In this document: positions 47,305 to 57,010 of the stretch, piece by piece
Layout of the letters: every line of letters begins with the position of its first letter
How positions within the stretch are numbered: the stretch's first letter is position 1
DNA from: an uncultured Planctomycetales bacterium
GTDB lineage: Bacteria; Omnitrophota; Gorgyraeia; Zapsychrales; JANLHA01
NCBI GenBank assembly: GCA_964474085.1
Contig: CAYYRJ010000005.1
Coordinates: 23,244-87,243, forward strand
DNA length: 64,000 nucleotides
Direction: 5' to 3'
The notes under the pieces: model-generated
The model's database searches: none
Seen by the model: the letters and a program-made list of their open reading frames with translations, nothing else
Told to the model about the DNA's origin: nothing
Program-made: the position numbers and the translations under genes

Positions 47305-48522
47305 ATGCCGATGTATTCTTACAAAGTGCGAGATAAAGCTGCAACAATTCACAACGGCCAGATGGAAGCCGCTGATGAACGTGATTTGCGCCGTAAGCTC
47401 GACGAGCGGGAATATTTTATTATTGACTATAGCCGGCTTACGAGTAAAAAAGAGTTTTTGTTTAAATCGATTTCTTTTGGTTTGGGGCATGCCAGTTATA
47501 CAGATTTAGCGCTTATCAGCTGGCAGTTTTTTACGTTGTTAAATGCTGGCCTGACATTGAGTAACAGTTTAACGATCATCATCAACCAGACAAAAAACGA
47601 AGTTTTAAAAACAGCTTTAAGCCGGGTTTATAGCCGTGTTGAAGCAGGTTCGACGTTTTCTGATGCCCTTAAAGAAAGCCCGAAAGTTTTTTCAAGGTTT
47701 TATGTGCAGATGGTCAATGCTGGCGAGGTTGGCGGAGTTTTAGACGAAATGTTAAAAAGGCTGGCCATCTATTATGAACGTCAAGCTGAAATCAGTTCCA
47801 AAATAAAATCTGCAATGATTTATCCAGCGCTGCTATTGACAGTCTCTTGTGCCGTTATCATGTTTTTGGTGATGTTTGTTCTGCCTCAGTTCTCCAGCAT
47901 TTTTAAGGAAATAGGGGTGAGCCTGCCTGTGCCCACACAGATGCTTTTGAGTTTTAGCGCGATGTTAAGGACATATTGGTTGATATTTATCGGCGCAGCA
48001 CTTGGATTGTGCACTTTGGGGTGGGTCGTTGTTAACACGGATCAGGGCGGGTATCAATTTGATCTGTTGAAATTAAAGCTTCCTGTCATCGGGGGGTTGA
48101 TTAACAAATCCGTGACGGTTCAGTTTACGCAAACGTTGTCGACCTTAGTCAGTGCTGGAATCCCGATTCTTTCGGCTTTGGATGTCGTCACAGATACCAT
48201 TGGCAATAAAGCTATTGTCAAAGTGCTCAAAAAAGTTTCTTCGTTTGTTGAACAAGGCAAACCGATCGCCCAGCCTTTGGAAGAAAGCCGGATGTTTCCT
48301 GACATGCTGATTAACATGATTCGTGTCGGCGAGGAAACCGGCTCCTTGAGCAACATGCTCGATAAAATCGGCGAATTTTATTTCAAGGATGTTAATAATG
48401 CTGTCGAATATTTTACAAAAATGATTGAGCCGACCTTGATGGTGATTATGGCTGGAATTATTGGCTTTATTACAACATCGATTTTTTTGCCCTTGTCGAG
48501 TTTGCTGCAAACGATTCGTTGA
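47305..48522 (+). CDS. pilC: type II secretion/type IV pilus platform protein (GspF/PilC)
   Basis: Two T2SSF repeats; about 400 aa; 3 TM segments. Confidence 0.9.
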   Translation: MPMYSYKVRDKAATIHNGQMEAADERDLRRKLDEREYFIIDYSRLTSKKEFLFKSISFGLGHASYTDLALISWQFFTLLNAGLTLSNSLTIIINQTKNEVLKTALSRVYSRVEAGSTFSDALKESPKVFSRFYVQMVNAGEVGGVLDEMLKRLAIYYERQAEISSKIKSAMIYPALLLTVSCAVIMFLVMFVLPQFSSIFKEIGVSLPVPTQMLLSFSAMLRTYWLIFIGAALGLCTLGWVVVNTDQGGYQFDLLKLKLPVIGGLINKSVTVQFTQTLSTLVSAGIPILSALDVVTDTIGNKAIVKVLKKVSSFVEQGKPIAQPLEESRMFPDMLINMIRVGEETGSLSNMLDKIGEFYFKDVNNAVEYFTKMIEPTLMVIMAGIIGFITTSIFLPLSSLLQTIR

Positions 48523-48544
48523 CGATAAAGAAAGGCTTTAGCCG

Positions 48545-48949
48545 ATGTCAGTGATGAAAAAAGGATATACGCTGATGGAAGTCATCATGGTTGTCTTTAT
48601 CGTCGGGCTTTTGTCTTCTCTGGTTGTCATGCGGTATGATTCGCAGAGAAAAAGAACCGCGATCAATGTGACTAAAGCAAACTTAGAAAGTATCCGCACG
48701 GCGATAGCTTTTTATTATGAGGTTGAAGGCACATGGCCTGTCGGCAACTTATCTGAACTTTATCTAGGGACAGCCCCTAGCGGTAAAATATATTTGGGCA
48801 AGCTGCCTTCCGAAGAGATCACCCACAAAAATTCGGTTACCAATGTTTCGACGAATACGGGCGGATGGTTTTATGATTTACCGACGCATACGATTATTCC
48901 AAACTTGACGGGAACAGATGCCACGGGTGTTCTTTATTCGACATATTAA
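48545..48949 (+). CDS. prepilin-type pseudopilin (GspG-like major subunit)
   Basis: KKGYTLMEVIMVVFIVGLL N-terminal methylation motif (G/YTLME) and hydrophobic helix. Confidence 0.7.
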   Translation: MSVMKKGYTLMEVIMVVFIVGLLSSLVVMRYDSQRKRTAINVTKANLESIRTAIAFYYEVEGTWPVGNLSELYLGTAPSGKIYLGKLPSEEITHKNSVTNVSTNTGGWFYDLPTHTIIPNLTGTDATGVLYSTY

Positions 48950-49010
48950 ACGTGAGGTGCAAGTCGGTAAAAAAAATTTGCACACGGCGTTATGAAGTGG
49001 GGATTTTAAA

Positions 49011-49466
49011 ATGAAGGTTTCTAAAGGGTACACTTTACTGGAAATGGCGATGGTCTTAGGCATCCTTGCCATAGGGATGATGATCATTATCCCCAAAATG
49101 GTCAGCCTAATGAATGTTTGGGATTTGGATATTGAAATTAATAAACTCAAAGCCAAAATCAGGCAAGCGCAGAATTTGGCGATTGCCAAACAGGCTACTT
49201 ATCGGATGACTTGGGATATTCCGGGTAAGGTTTATACGCTCAAGAAGTTCGATGGGGTCAGTTTTGTTCTTCAGGAAACCAATGGATATCAAAACAATGT
49301 TAGTGTAATAAATACGACATTTATCATTAACCCAGGGTCGGTGGATTTTGATCAATTTGGATCTCCGTCGGAAGCTGGAATGATTATGTTGCGGCATGAA
49401 AAAACGATGGCTTCAAAATATATCCAAATTTCGGCTGTCACTGGGCAATTATCGGTGTTCCCATGA
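49011..49466 (+). CDS. prepilin-type minor pseudopilin (GspH-like)
   Basis: SKGYTLLEMAMVLGIL N-terminal motif. Confidence 0.65.
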   Translation: MKVSKGYTLLEMAMVLGILAIGMMIIIPKMVSLMNVWDLDIEINKLKAKIRQAQNLAIAKQATYRMTWDIPGKVYTLKKFDGVSFVLQETNGYQNNVSVINTTFIINPGSVDFDQFGSPSEAGMIMLRHEKTMASKYIQISAVTGQLSVFP

Positions 49467-49840
49467 AAAAGAAACAGAAAGGTTTTAGTTTAATCGAGCT
49501 TCTTGCCGCGGTTGTTGTCACAGGCGTGATGGCGGTATCGATTATGAATCTGTATTCTTTTGGAGGACAGATGAATTTTCTTGTTGAGGAAGATTTAGCT
49601 GTTACCAATCTGCTTCAATATAAGATCGAAGAGATCCGCTGTCAGCCTTTTACAAAAAATATCACTGTGACAGATCAGGTAATTACAGGCTTTGGGAAAT
49701 ATAAATTGAGTGCGACCCAAACGGTGCCGTATTTGGGTAATCCGTATTTAAAGAAGGTGCACGTCAGCTGTATTTATCCGTCGGGTGTGGGGGTTAATAA
49801 GACAGAACAGATTGATTTTTTGGTTGGGGACAAACAATAA
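49463..49840 (+). CDS. prepilin-type minor pseudopilin (GspI-like)
   Basis: QKGFSLIELLAAVVV N-terminal motif; start overlaps the upstream stop. Confidence 0.65.
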   Translation: MKKKQKGFSLIELLAAVVVTGVMAVSIMNLYSFGGQMNFLVEEDLAVTNLLQYKIEEIRCQPFTKNITVTDQVITGFGKYKLSATQTVPYLGNPYLKKVHVSCIYPSGVGVNKTEQIDFLVGDKQ

Positions 49841-49855
49841 GAAAGGCCCAAAGAA

Positions 49856-50410
49856 GTGACTCGGGTGCGTAATATCAAAGGATTTACTCTTTTGGAAGCC
49901 ACTTTGGCCGTTGCGATCAGCGCCCTTCTGTTAGGTTCGCTTTTGCTAGTTTTCAAAGTGGGAAAATCAAGCTGGAATGTCAGTAATCAGCAAAGCGAAC
50001 TTTTGCAACATGCACGGACGGCTATGGCGCGTTTAAGTTCGGAATTGCGTTATGCGACAGGTTTAACGCAGGCCAATTTGCTTGGTGTTGAGTTTACAAC
50101 CAAGGTTTTGGTCGATTCGGATAATACGACGACAGAAACGATCCGTTATGAAGTTGTCGGTAATACGATTCAACGTTCTGTCAACGCTGGGACAAAGCAA
50201 ATTGTGGCAGGCGATGCTTTGGCTGGCGGGGTTATTGCAAAATTTTATAGTGTTACTCCAGTCAAGCTTGATGCTGGGTTTAACGTTGCCCCCTTGGATA
50301 CTCTTGACCCGTTGTCCCTAGCTATCGGGCTTAGGGTTGCGATGAGTATGCAGGACACGCATTTAAAGACGGTCGTAGTTTCTACAATGGCGAATTTTAG
50401 GGATAAGTGA
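49856..50410 (+). CDS. prepilin-type minor pseudopilin (GspJ-like)
   Basis: GTG start; IKGFTLLEATLAVAI N-terminal motif. Confidence 0.65.
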   Translation: MTRVRNIKGFTLLEATLAVAISALLLGSLLLVFKVGKSSWNVSNQQSELLQHARTAMARLSSELRYATGLTQANLLGVEFTTKVLVDSDNTTTETIRYEVVGNTIQRSVNAGTKQIVAGDALAGGVIAKFYSVTPVKLDAGFNVAPLDTLDPLSLAIGLRVAMSMQDTHLKTVVVSTMANFRDK

Positions 50411-51585
50411 CGGGACAAATGAAAGAAAAGAAATTTAACCCGGATTTTGCATTAGCCACGCTCCTGCGAGGCCAAGCAAAATCCGCCCAAAGGGCCGCAT
50501 GTCTCGACAAAGTCGAGACGTGTGGGATAAATAACAGGGGAGTCGCTTTTGTTACGGCAATTGTCTTGATGGTTTTATTTTTAAACTTGGGTCTAGGGTA
50601 TTTGATGATGGCCAGAACTCAACTTATGATTGCCCGCAATCAAATCAGTACGCTTAAGGCTTTTTATCATTCAGAAAGTGCACTGCAGCATTCGATCGCT
50701 GAGCTTGTCAACAATGTGGATAAAGATGCCGACGGCTTGGGCAATATTCCTTTGCAGGATTTGGATGGGGATGGAAGTATGGATTATTCGGCAACATATA
50801 ATTCTGCAACAGGAACTGTTTCTTCGACAGGGAACACAGGGACCGACGGGATTGTGCGCACGATTGAAACAAAGATGACGCCTAAAAAGTGGACAGGAGC
50901 GTTTATGGCGGGGCTGAGCATCCCCGCTGTGAGCAATTGTGATTTTAGCACGGTTACAGGCAATGTGTTTGCGCGCAGTGCAATTACACCAAATTTTACG
51001 ACACAGCACACAGTAACTGGTACAGTCACACAAGGCTATGCGTCTTTAGCTATTCCGACAACAATCACAAGCCCGGGTGGGCCATGGTTTAGTTATGCGC
51101 CGGCAGCAAACAGGCATGTCAATTGCCTGTGGGTTACGCCAGCATCCTCGACGATCACAGGGGTGCATTATGTCAATGGAGCTTGCACGATTAATTTGGG
51201 AGGATCAGCGCCTTTGACGATTAATGGATCATTGATCGTCAATGGGAATTTGTCTATTTCTCAAGTGACCAGTTTGATGATAACGCCTGCCGGCAAAGAC
51301 CCGGCCTTGGTTGCCTCAGGAACTTTAAGTTTAGGAAATGTCTCGCCGGGTGTTGTCAATATTCATGGGCTGATTTATGCCGGAGGCAATATATCTTTGA
51401 CGATATGGAATTTTTTCCCGACCCCGAGACATTCGATTAATGGGGCTATTGTTAGTGGGGTAGGGACTATTAGTATGGCTACGATTGCCAGGACGGACTG
51501 GGTGTTTGATTCTTCTTTGAATCCACCATTTTTTACCGGCGGAAGCCCCGGATATTCCGTCGACTATTGGAAGGGACATAAATAA
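50407..51585 (+). CDS. GspK-like minor pseudopilin/pilus tip protein
   Basis: N-terminal RGVAFVTAIVLMVLF...ARTQL hydrophobic segment lacking Glu5, followed by ...YHSESALQHSIAEL, as in GspK; Thr/Gly-rich C-terminal domain with a DGDG motif. Confidence 0.45.
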   Translation: MTGQMKEKKFNPDFALATLLRGQAKSAQRAACLDKVETCGINNRGVAFVTAIVLMVLFLNLGLGYLMMARTQLMIARNQISTLKAFYHSESALQHSIAELVNNVDKDADGLGNIPLQDLDGDGSMDYSATYNSATGTVSSTGNTGTDGIVRTIETKMTPKKWTGAFMAGLSIPAVSNCDFSTVTGNVFARSAITPNFTTQHTVTGTVTQGYASLAIPTTITSPGGPWFSYAPAANRHVNCLWVTPASSTITGVHYVNGACTINLGGSAPLTINGSLIVNGNLSISQVTSLMITPAGKDPALVASGTLSLGNVSPGVVNIHGLIYAGGNISLTIWNFFPTPRHSINGAIVSGVGTISMATIARTDWVFDSSLNPPFFTGGSPGYSVDYWKGHK

Positions 51586-51601
51586 TTTTATAGAGGTTGC
51601 C

Positions 51602-52942
51602 GTGATGGAAAAGACATTAGGACAATATAAGATCGTCCGCGAAATTGCTAAGGGCGGCATGGGCATTATTTACAAGGCTTTAAATCCAGCGACGCAAAAA
51701 ACTGTGGCCATCAAAGTTCTTCCGCCGATGATGGTTGATCGCGTGACGGTTGAGCGGTTTCATCGTGAAGCGCAGGCGATGACCCAGTTAAAACATCCTA
51801 ATATGATTGAAGTTTATGAGTCAGGGATGCAAGAGGGGAAACATTTTCTCGTCATGGAATTTGTTGAAGGCGATAATCTTAAGAATTTGATTACAGCCAA
51901 AGGGCCGCTGCCGATTGAACGCGTCATTAAAATAAGCGTTTGTGTTGCTGATGCGCTAGCGCATATGCATCAGAGGGGAATGATTCATCGCGATATCAAG
52001 CCGGGCAATATTATGATTTTGCCCGACGGACGAGTTAAGTTGATGGATTATGGTTTGGTCAAAATTTTAGGACGCACAAGTGTCACGGTCGAAGGTTCTT
52101 CTTTGGGCACCGCAGAGTATATGTCGCCTGAGCAAATTACAGGGGAAGGGGTAGATAGCCGCACAGATATTTATTCTCTGGGGATTACGATGTATGAAAT
52201 GGTCACCGGCCGTCTTGCTTTTGAAGCCGACACGTTGCAGGAGTTGTTGCACAAACATCAAACACAAGCTGCCTTGGCGATTTCTGCACTTAGGCCGCAA
52301 GTTCCGTTCGAATTAGAATCGATGATCAACAAGGCGATGGCTAAAAATCTTGTGAACCGTTATTCTTGTGCGCAGGATTTAAAAAATGATTTGCAGAAGT
52401 TATCGAAAGAAGATGATCACGCTCAAAGCGCAACTCAAACCGATCTTACCCAAAAGGCACCCATTTTTTCGAGGCCCAACGCTGCTGGCCGGCCCCAAAA
52501 GGCCAAAGGCCTAGCTTGGGGAAAAATGTTTGCCCTTGTGGTTTGCGCAGCACTTATTTATTTTTATCGGGACAAGGCGACCGACATTTTTAAAAAAGTG
52601 CCGTGGAATAAATTTGCCGTAACGGTTGGGCAAAGGGATTTGGTAAAAGAAACGAATATTACCTTAACACTTCTAGAACAGGCCCAAGCGCATTTTGATC
52701 AGGGACAATCTTTTGCTCGTCAGGGATTGTCCGATGAAGCGATTTCTGAGATTCAAAAGGCCCTGCAATTAAGAGCGGATGAGCCGGTGTATTACAAACA
52801 ATTAGCTTTAATTTATGAAAAGAAAAATGATTACAAAAAGGCTATAAAGGCTTGGAAAGATTTATTAAAATACGAAAACGATGCGGCCCAAATCAAAATC
52901 GCACAGCAGCATATTGAACAATTAACAGCGACTAAGAATTAA
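51602..52942 (+). CDS. Hanks-type Ser/Thr protein kinase with C-terminal TM helix and TPR domain
   Basis: GxGxxG (AKGGMGIIY), VAIK, HRDIKPGNIM, DYG, TAEYMSPE motifs; TM around residue 300; TPR-like C-terminus. Confidence 0.85.
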   Translation: MMEKTLGQYKIVREIAKGGMGIIYKALNPATQKTVAIKVLPPMMVDRVTVERFHREAQAMTQLKHPNMIEVYESGMQEGKHFLVMEFVEGDNLKNLITAKGPLPIERVIKISVCVADALAHMHQRGMIHRDIKPGNIMILPDGRVKLMDYGLVKILGRTSVTVEGSSLGTAEYMSPEQITGEGVDSRTDIYSLGITMYEMVTGRLAFEADTLQELLHKHQTQAALAISALRPQVPFELESMINKAMAKNLVNRYSCAQDLKNDLQKLSKEDDHAQSATQTDLTQKAPIFSRPNAAGRPQKAKGLAWGKMFALVVCAALIYFYRDKATDIFKKVPWNKFAVTVGQRDLVKETNITLTLLEQAQAHFDQGQSFARQGLSDEAISEIQKALQLRADEPVYYKQLALIYEKKNDYKKAIKAWKDLLKYENDAAQIKIAQQHIEQLTATKN

Positions 52943-52978
52943 GGTTGAGTTTCATCTATCAACAGGTCAAATGGATCT

Positions 52979-54667
52979 ATGCCAAAGTTATTGATAAAAA
53001 ATGGGGAACGAAAAGGTTCTGTGATCCGGGTTGGTGATCAAAAATTAGAGCTTGGTCGCGATCCGTCTAACACGGTTGTGATTCCTGACAGGCGTGTTTC
53101 TCGACGGCATGCATCGATTTTTTCTCAAGCTGGGGAGTGGTGGATTGAAGACTTGGGGTCTGTCAACGGCACGTTTGTCAACGGCCAGACCGTGCGTAAA
53201 GGGAAGTTGCAATTTTGCGATCAAATCATGTTGGGGGCAACGGTCATTGAATTTTTGCAACTCAACGCACCCGAAGATCGCCAAACGGACGGATTGACTC
53301 AGGTGCGGTTGCTTTCAGCGCAGGAGAATGTGTCTAAAAGCAATGTGGTGATGTCGCTTTCAACTGCGTCGGGCAGTTTTGAAAAAAAAGATTTTCCCGC
53401 CGATCCAAAATCTTTGTTGGAATTATACCAGAGGTTATTGACGGTTTATCGGATCAGCCTTGATTTGGGTGTTGTTGTCGACCTTAAAAAACTTTCGTTT
53501 CGGATATTGGAATCTGTTTTAAATGTGATTAAAGCGGACCGTGGATTTATTATGTTGAAAGATGAGGAAACTCAGCAACTGATTCTACAAGCTGTTTATC
53601 GAAGGCCGGGAGTTGATGAAAGCGAAGAGATTTCTTTGTCACAAACCATTGCCCAACAAGTTATGCACAGCGGCGAATCGCTTTTGATTTCGGATGCGGG
53701 GTTAGATGAGCGTTTTAAACAAGCACAGAGCATTGTCATCCAGGGGATCCGCTCAACGATGTGTGTTCCCATAAAAATCAAGGATCGGATTTTAGGAATT
53801 CTCTACGTCGACACAAAAGGCAAGGTCGCCAGCTTTGTTCGCGAAGATCTTGAAATGCTAACCGCGATTTCTCATCAGGCGGCGGTGGCTATCGAAAATT
53901 CGCAGCTGTTTGACAATTTGCATAAAGTCAATGAGGAGCTCAAACAACAGCAAGCCCAATTGATTGAGTCCGAAAAATTATCCGCCTTAGGCCAATTAGC
54001 CGGCGGGGTTGCGCATGAGATCAATAATCCGATGACGAGTATTTTGGGATATTCGCAGTTGATTGTTGGACAGCTGGGGAAAGAGAACTTGGATGCACAC
54101 AAAATAAAAGAATGTGCCGAATTTGCGGGTATTGTCGAGAGTGAAGCCCATCGTTGCCAGGCGATCGTTCAAACTCTTTTGCAATTTGGCCGCCGTAAAA
54201 AAGAAGAAATGGTGGCGATGGATGTCAATAAGGCCATTGAAGCAGCTCTTCTGATTGCGAAATTTCACATTAAAAAAACGCACATTGAAATCAAACAGCA
54301 ATTGTCGTCTGGCTTGCCGGCGATTATGGCTGATGCCAATCAATTGCAGCAGGTTTTTTTGAATTTGATTATTAATGCACGCGATGCGATGGAAAAAAAT
54401 GGAGGAACGTTACTTATCAGCTCGTGCGACTCAGCAGAAGGTCACGTGATTGTCAAGTTTGCGGATACCGGGTGTGGTATTCCGGAGGATAAATTAGATG
54501 AGATTTTTAAGCCTTTGTACACGACTAAAGAAGAAGGCAAAGGGACTGGTTTAGGATTATCGATTACTCAAGACATTCTTGAACTTCATAAAGCAAAGAT
54601 TGAAGTTGAAAGCACCGTCGGAAAAGGAACGACTTTTACAATACGTTTCCCGGTGATAGGCGGATAA
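52979..54667 (+). CDS. FHA-GAF sensor histidine kinase
   Basis: N-terminal FHA (LGRDPSNTVVIPDRRVSRRHASI...GSVNGTFVNG), central GAF, H-box GVAHEINNPM, HATPase_c N/G boxes; no TM. Confidence 0.8.
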   Translation: MPKLLIKNGERKGSVIRVGDQKLELGRDPSNTVVIPDRRVSRRHASIFSQAGEWWIEDLGSVNGTFVNGQTVRKGKLQFCDQIMLGATVIEFLQLNAPEDRQTDGLTQVRLLSAQENVSKSNVVMSLSTASGSFEKKDFPADPKSLLELYQRLLTVYRISLDLGVVVDLKKLSFRILESVLNVIKADRGFIMLKDEETQQLILQAVYRRPGVDESEEISLSQTIAQQVMHSGESLLISDAGLDERFKQAQSIVIQGIRSTMCVPIKIKDRILGILYVDTKGKVASFVREDLEMLTAISHQAAVAIENSQLFDNLHKVNEELKQQQAQLIESEKLSALGQLAGGVAHEINNPMTSILGYSQLIVGQLGKENLDAHKIKECAEFAGIVESEAHRCQAIVQTLLQFGRRKKEEMVAMDVNKAIEAALLIAKFHIKKTHIEIKQQLSSGLPAIMADANQLQQVFLNLIINARDAMEKNGGTLLISSCDSAEGHVIVKFADTGCGIPEDKLDEIFKPLYTTKEEGKGTGLGLSITQDILELHKAKIEVESTVGKGTTFTIRFPVIGG

Positions 54668-54694
54668 ATTTTTCAACAAACCATTTGAGGCCAA

Positions 54695-55816
54695 ATGACG
54701 GAATCTCAGTTTTTTAAGAAAATCGCGCAGGGCTTAATGACTCCGGTTAAATTTCAGGGCGGGGATTTCCTGGAGAATATGTTAGAAAAAGGCGTGCGCG
54801 TTGTTGTCGATATTGGATCAAGTTCGATAAAGATCATCGAAGTTCAGGCAACATCAAATGGCCCTCTCGTCAGAACTGTGGCTTATCGTGAATTCCCACG
54901 TTCTCTTGACTCTAAGGGGTCTATGCCAGCGCAGGCGCTTATTGAGCAAACTTTGGTTGATTTATGGCGCAGTCATAAGATACGGCCGGGCGATGTGCGT
55001 TTGATTATTTCTGATCCGGCGGTGTATTTGCGGTATTTGACGATTCCGCGGATTGAGGAGCAGGAATTACAAAAAGCCTTGCGATGGCAAATTGAAAAAT
55101 ATGTGCCGTTTGCGATTGAAGAGGCCAGCATTGATTATCAGATCGTCGATCATGAAGGCCTAAAAGATAAAACTCAAATGCGGATTATTGTTGTTGCGGT
55201 CGAACGAAAGGTCATTGATAAATATTTGGGGATTTTAAAGGCCGTTAAGGTCGTTCCAACGGTCATTGATATTGCGGCGTTTTCTGCGGCGAAAGCGGTT
55301 ATGAAAATGAGCCCTGCCAATTCGCAGCAAACAGTTTTAGTCGTCGATATCGGGGCGCATACGATATCGATGGTCGTTTTTAAAGCCCGTGTGCTTTTGA
55401 TGGTTCGCAGTATTGAAAATGCCGGCGATCAGATGACGCGCATGATCAGCGAAACCTGCACAGTCGACATCATGACGGCCGAAGATTTAAAGCGTCAGGC
55501 CGTTCTTTTTTTCGATGAGAAATCAGCTTCTTCTCATAATAAAGTGTTAGCTGTTATGCAAACAATTTGTCAACAGTGGGCCCAAGAGATTGATCGTTCA
55601 TTGACGTACTGTGAACGGGAAGGACTCGCAGAGACAATCGACAAAATTATTCTTTGCGGGGGCTCGGCCAAACTTAAAGGCCTTGATCAATTTGTTGCCA
55701 GCCAGTTGGGGTTGCCTGTTGAAGTTGTTAATGTTGCCAAACACATCCCTTGCGAACAACTCGACGCTCAAGGGTTGGCGACAGAGTTTTTGGCCGCTTA
55801 TGGCGGGTTGTATTAA
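54695..55816 (+). CDS. pilM: type IV pilus assembly protein PilM (actin-like ATPase fold)
   Basis: VVDIGSSSIKIIEV N-terminal actin-like motif, about 370 aa; immediately followed by pilN/pilO-like genes. Confidence 0.75.
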   Translation: MTESQFFKKIAQGLMTPVKFQGGDFLENMLEKGVRVVVDIGSSSIKIIEVQATSNGPLVRTVAYREFPRSLDSKGSMPAQALIEQTLVDLWRSHKIRPGDVRLIISDPAVYLRYLTIPRIEEQELQKALRWQIEKYVPFAIEEASIDYQIVDHEGLKDKTQMRIIVVAVERKVIDKYLGILKAVKVVPTVIDIAAFSAAKAVMKMSPANSQQTVLVVDIGAHTISMVVFKARVLLMVRSIENAGDQMTRMISETCTVDIMTAEDLKRQAVLFFDEKSASSHNKVLAVMQTICQQWAQEIDRSLTYCEREGLAETIDKIILCGGSAKLKGLDQFVASQLGLPVEVVNVAKHIPCEQLDAQGLATEFLAAYGGLY

Positions 55817-55839
55817 ACATTTCTCCAAGAGGAGTTTTT

Positions 55840-56376
55840 GTGCGACAGATTAATTTATTGCCCGAATCTTTGCAGCAGGCGCAAAATAAAAAGAAAATTT
55901 TAAATTCTTTTTTTGTCACATTGATTCCGACGGTATTCGCGGTTGGAGCCATTCATGTTTTGACGATATTGTTTATTGCGAATTTAGAAGGCCAGGTCAA
56001 ACATCCTGCCGCGAATATGGACACTATGGAATTTATGGCCTTGCGGGAAGAAATCCAGAAAAAATCAGAGGATGTCCAAAAATATACACAGCAGTATGGG
56101 GCACTTATCAACAGTTATATGGACAATTTTTTATCCCAGGATATTTTAAAAGCTCTCGGAGCTATCAGCCATCATAAAGTTTGGTTTACGCGTTTTGAAT
56201 TGAATAATAAAAATCGGGCATGTGAAATTCAGGGCAAGTCTTTTAATACGCGCTTAGTCAGCGAGTTTATGTTAGGGGTCAAGAAAGCGCCTTTTTTTGA
56301 TAATGTGACATTGATTTCAATGGAAAAAGGGCAGGATGAGAAGGTCAATTTTAAGATCGTCTGTGTGCTTAAGTAA
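55840..56376 (+). CDS. pilN: type IV pilus assembly protein PilN
   Basis: GTG start 5 nt after AAGAGGAG; N-terminal RQINLLPE PilN motif, single TM. Confidence 0.65.
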   Translation: MRQINLLPESLQQAQNKKKILNSFFVTLIPTVFAVGAIHVLTILFIANLEGQVKHPAANMDTMEFMALREEIQKKSEDVQKYTQQYGALINSYMDNFLSQDILKALGAISHHKVWFTRFELNNKNRACEIQGKSFNTRLVSEFMLGVKKAPFFDNVTLISMEKGQDEKVNFKIVCVLK

Positions 56377-56413
56377 CCGGTTTTAGAGGCTGTTTGCGGG
56401 AGATTGTCGTCGG

Positions 56414-56989
56414 ATGGATATTGATATCAAAAAAATTTATAAGATCGAGTTTTGGCTGGTTGCCATTATTCTTTGTGCTTTTTTTGTTTTGGATATTTAT
56501 CCTCAAGCGATTCGTATTTTTTCACTCTTGCAGACGATAGATGTCTCCCGGAAAACGGCCTTGGCTTTGCCGCCGCAAGAAAAGGAAAGAATTCGTCAGG
56601 AATTATTAAACGATAAAAAAAGACTCGACGAATCTGACGGGGCGATGCGCGGGATTGTCAGCAGTATCGAGCAAAAGATATCCGGTGAAAAGAGCATTCC
56701 TAACATTACTTTGAAATTAGAAGAATTGTCAACCGGTTGCGGGATTGATTTATTGAGCATCAAGCCATCGGCGTTAATCTCGGAGGGCGGCTATGATGCA
56801 TTTACCATTGACCTGGAGTTTGAAAGTGAATATGGACAGTTGATTAATTTTTTGTCGCTCTGGGCGCAGACACCGTTTTATTTAACAGTTGAACAGGTGA
56901 CTGTTTCTAAATCCAAAGAGACATCTTTAAAACTGGATGTCAATCTTAAACTCAAGGTGCTTTTTAAGCAGGAACCCAAAACTTTGTAA
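56414..56989 (+). CDS. pilO: type IV pilus assembly protein PilO-like
   Basis: Single TM, coiled-coil segment, PilO-like C-terminal domain; position after pilN. Confidence 0.5.
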   Translation: MDIDIKKIYKIEFWLVAIILCAFFVLDIYPQAIRIFSLLQTIDVSRKTALALPPQEKERIRQELLNDKKRLDESDGAMRGIVSSIEQKISGEKSIPNITLKLEELSTGCGIDLLSIKPSALISEGGYDAFTIDLEFESEYGQLINFLSLWAQTPFYLTVEQVTVSKSKETSLKLDVNLKLKVLFKQEPKTL

Positions 56990-57010
56990 GATTTAAAAGG
57001 CGTACGGATC

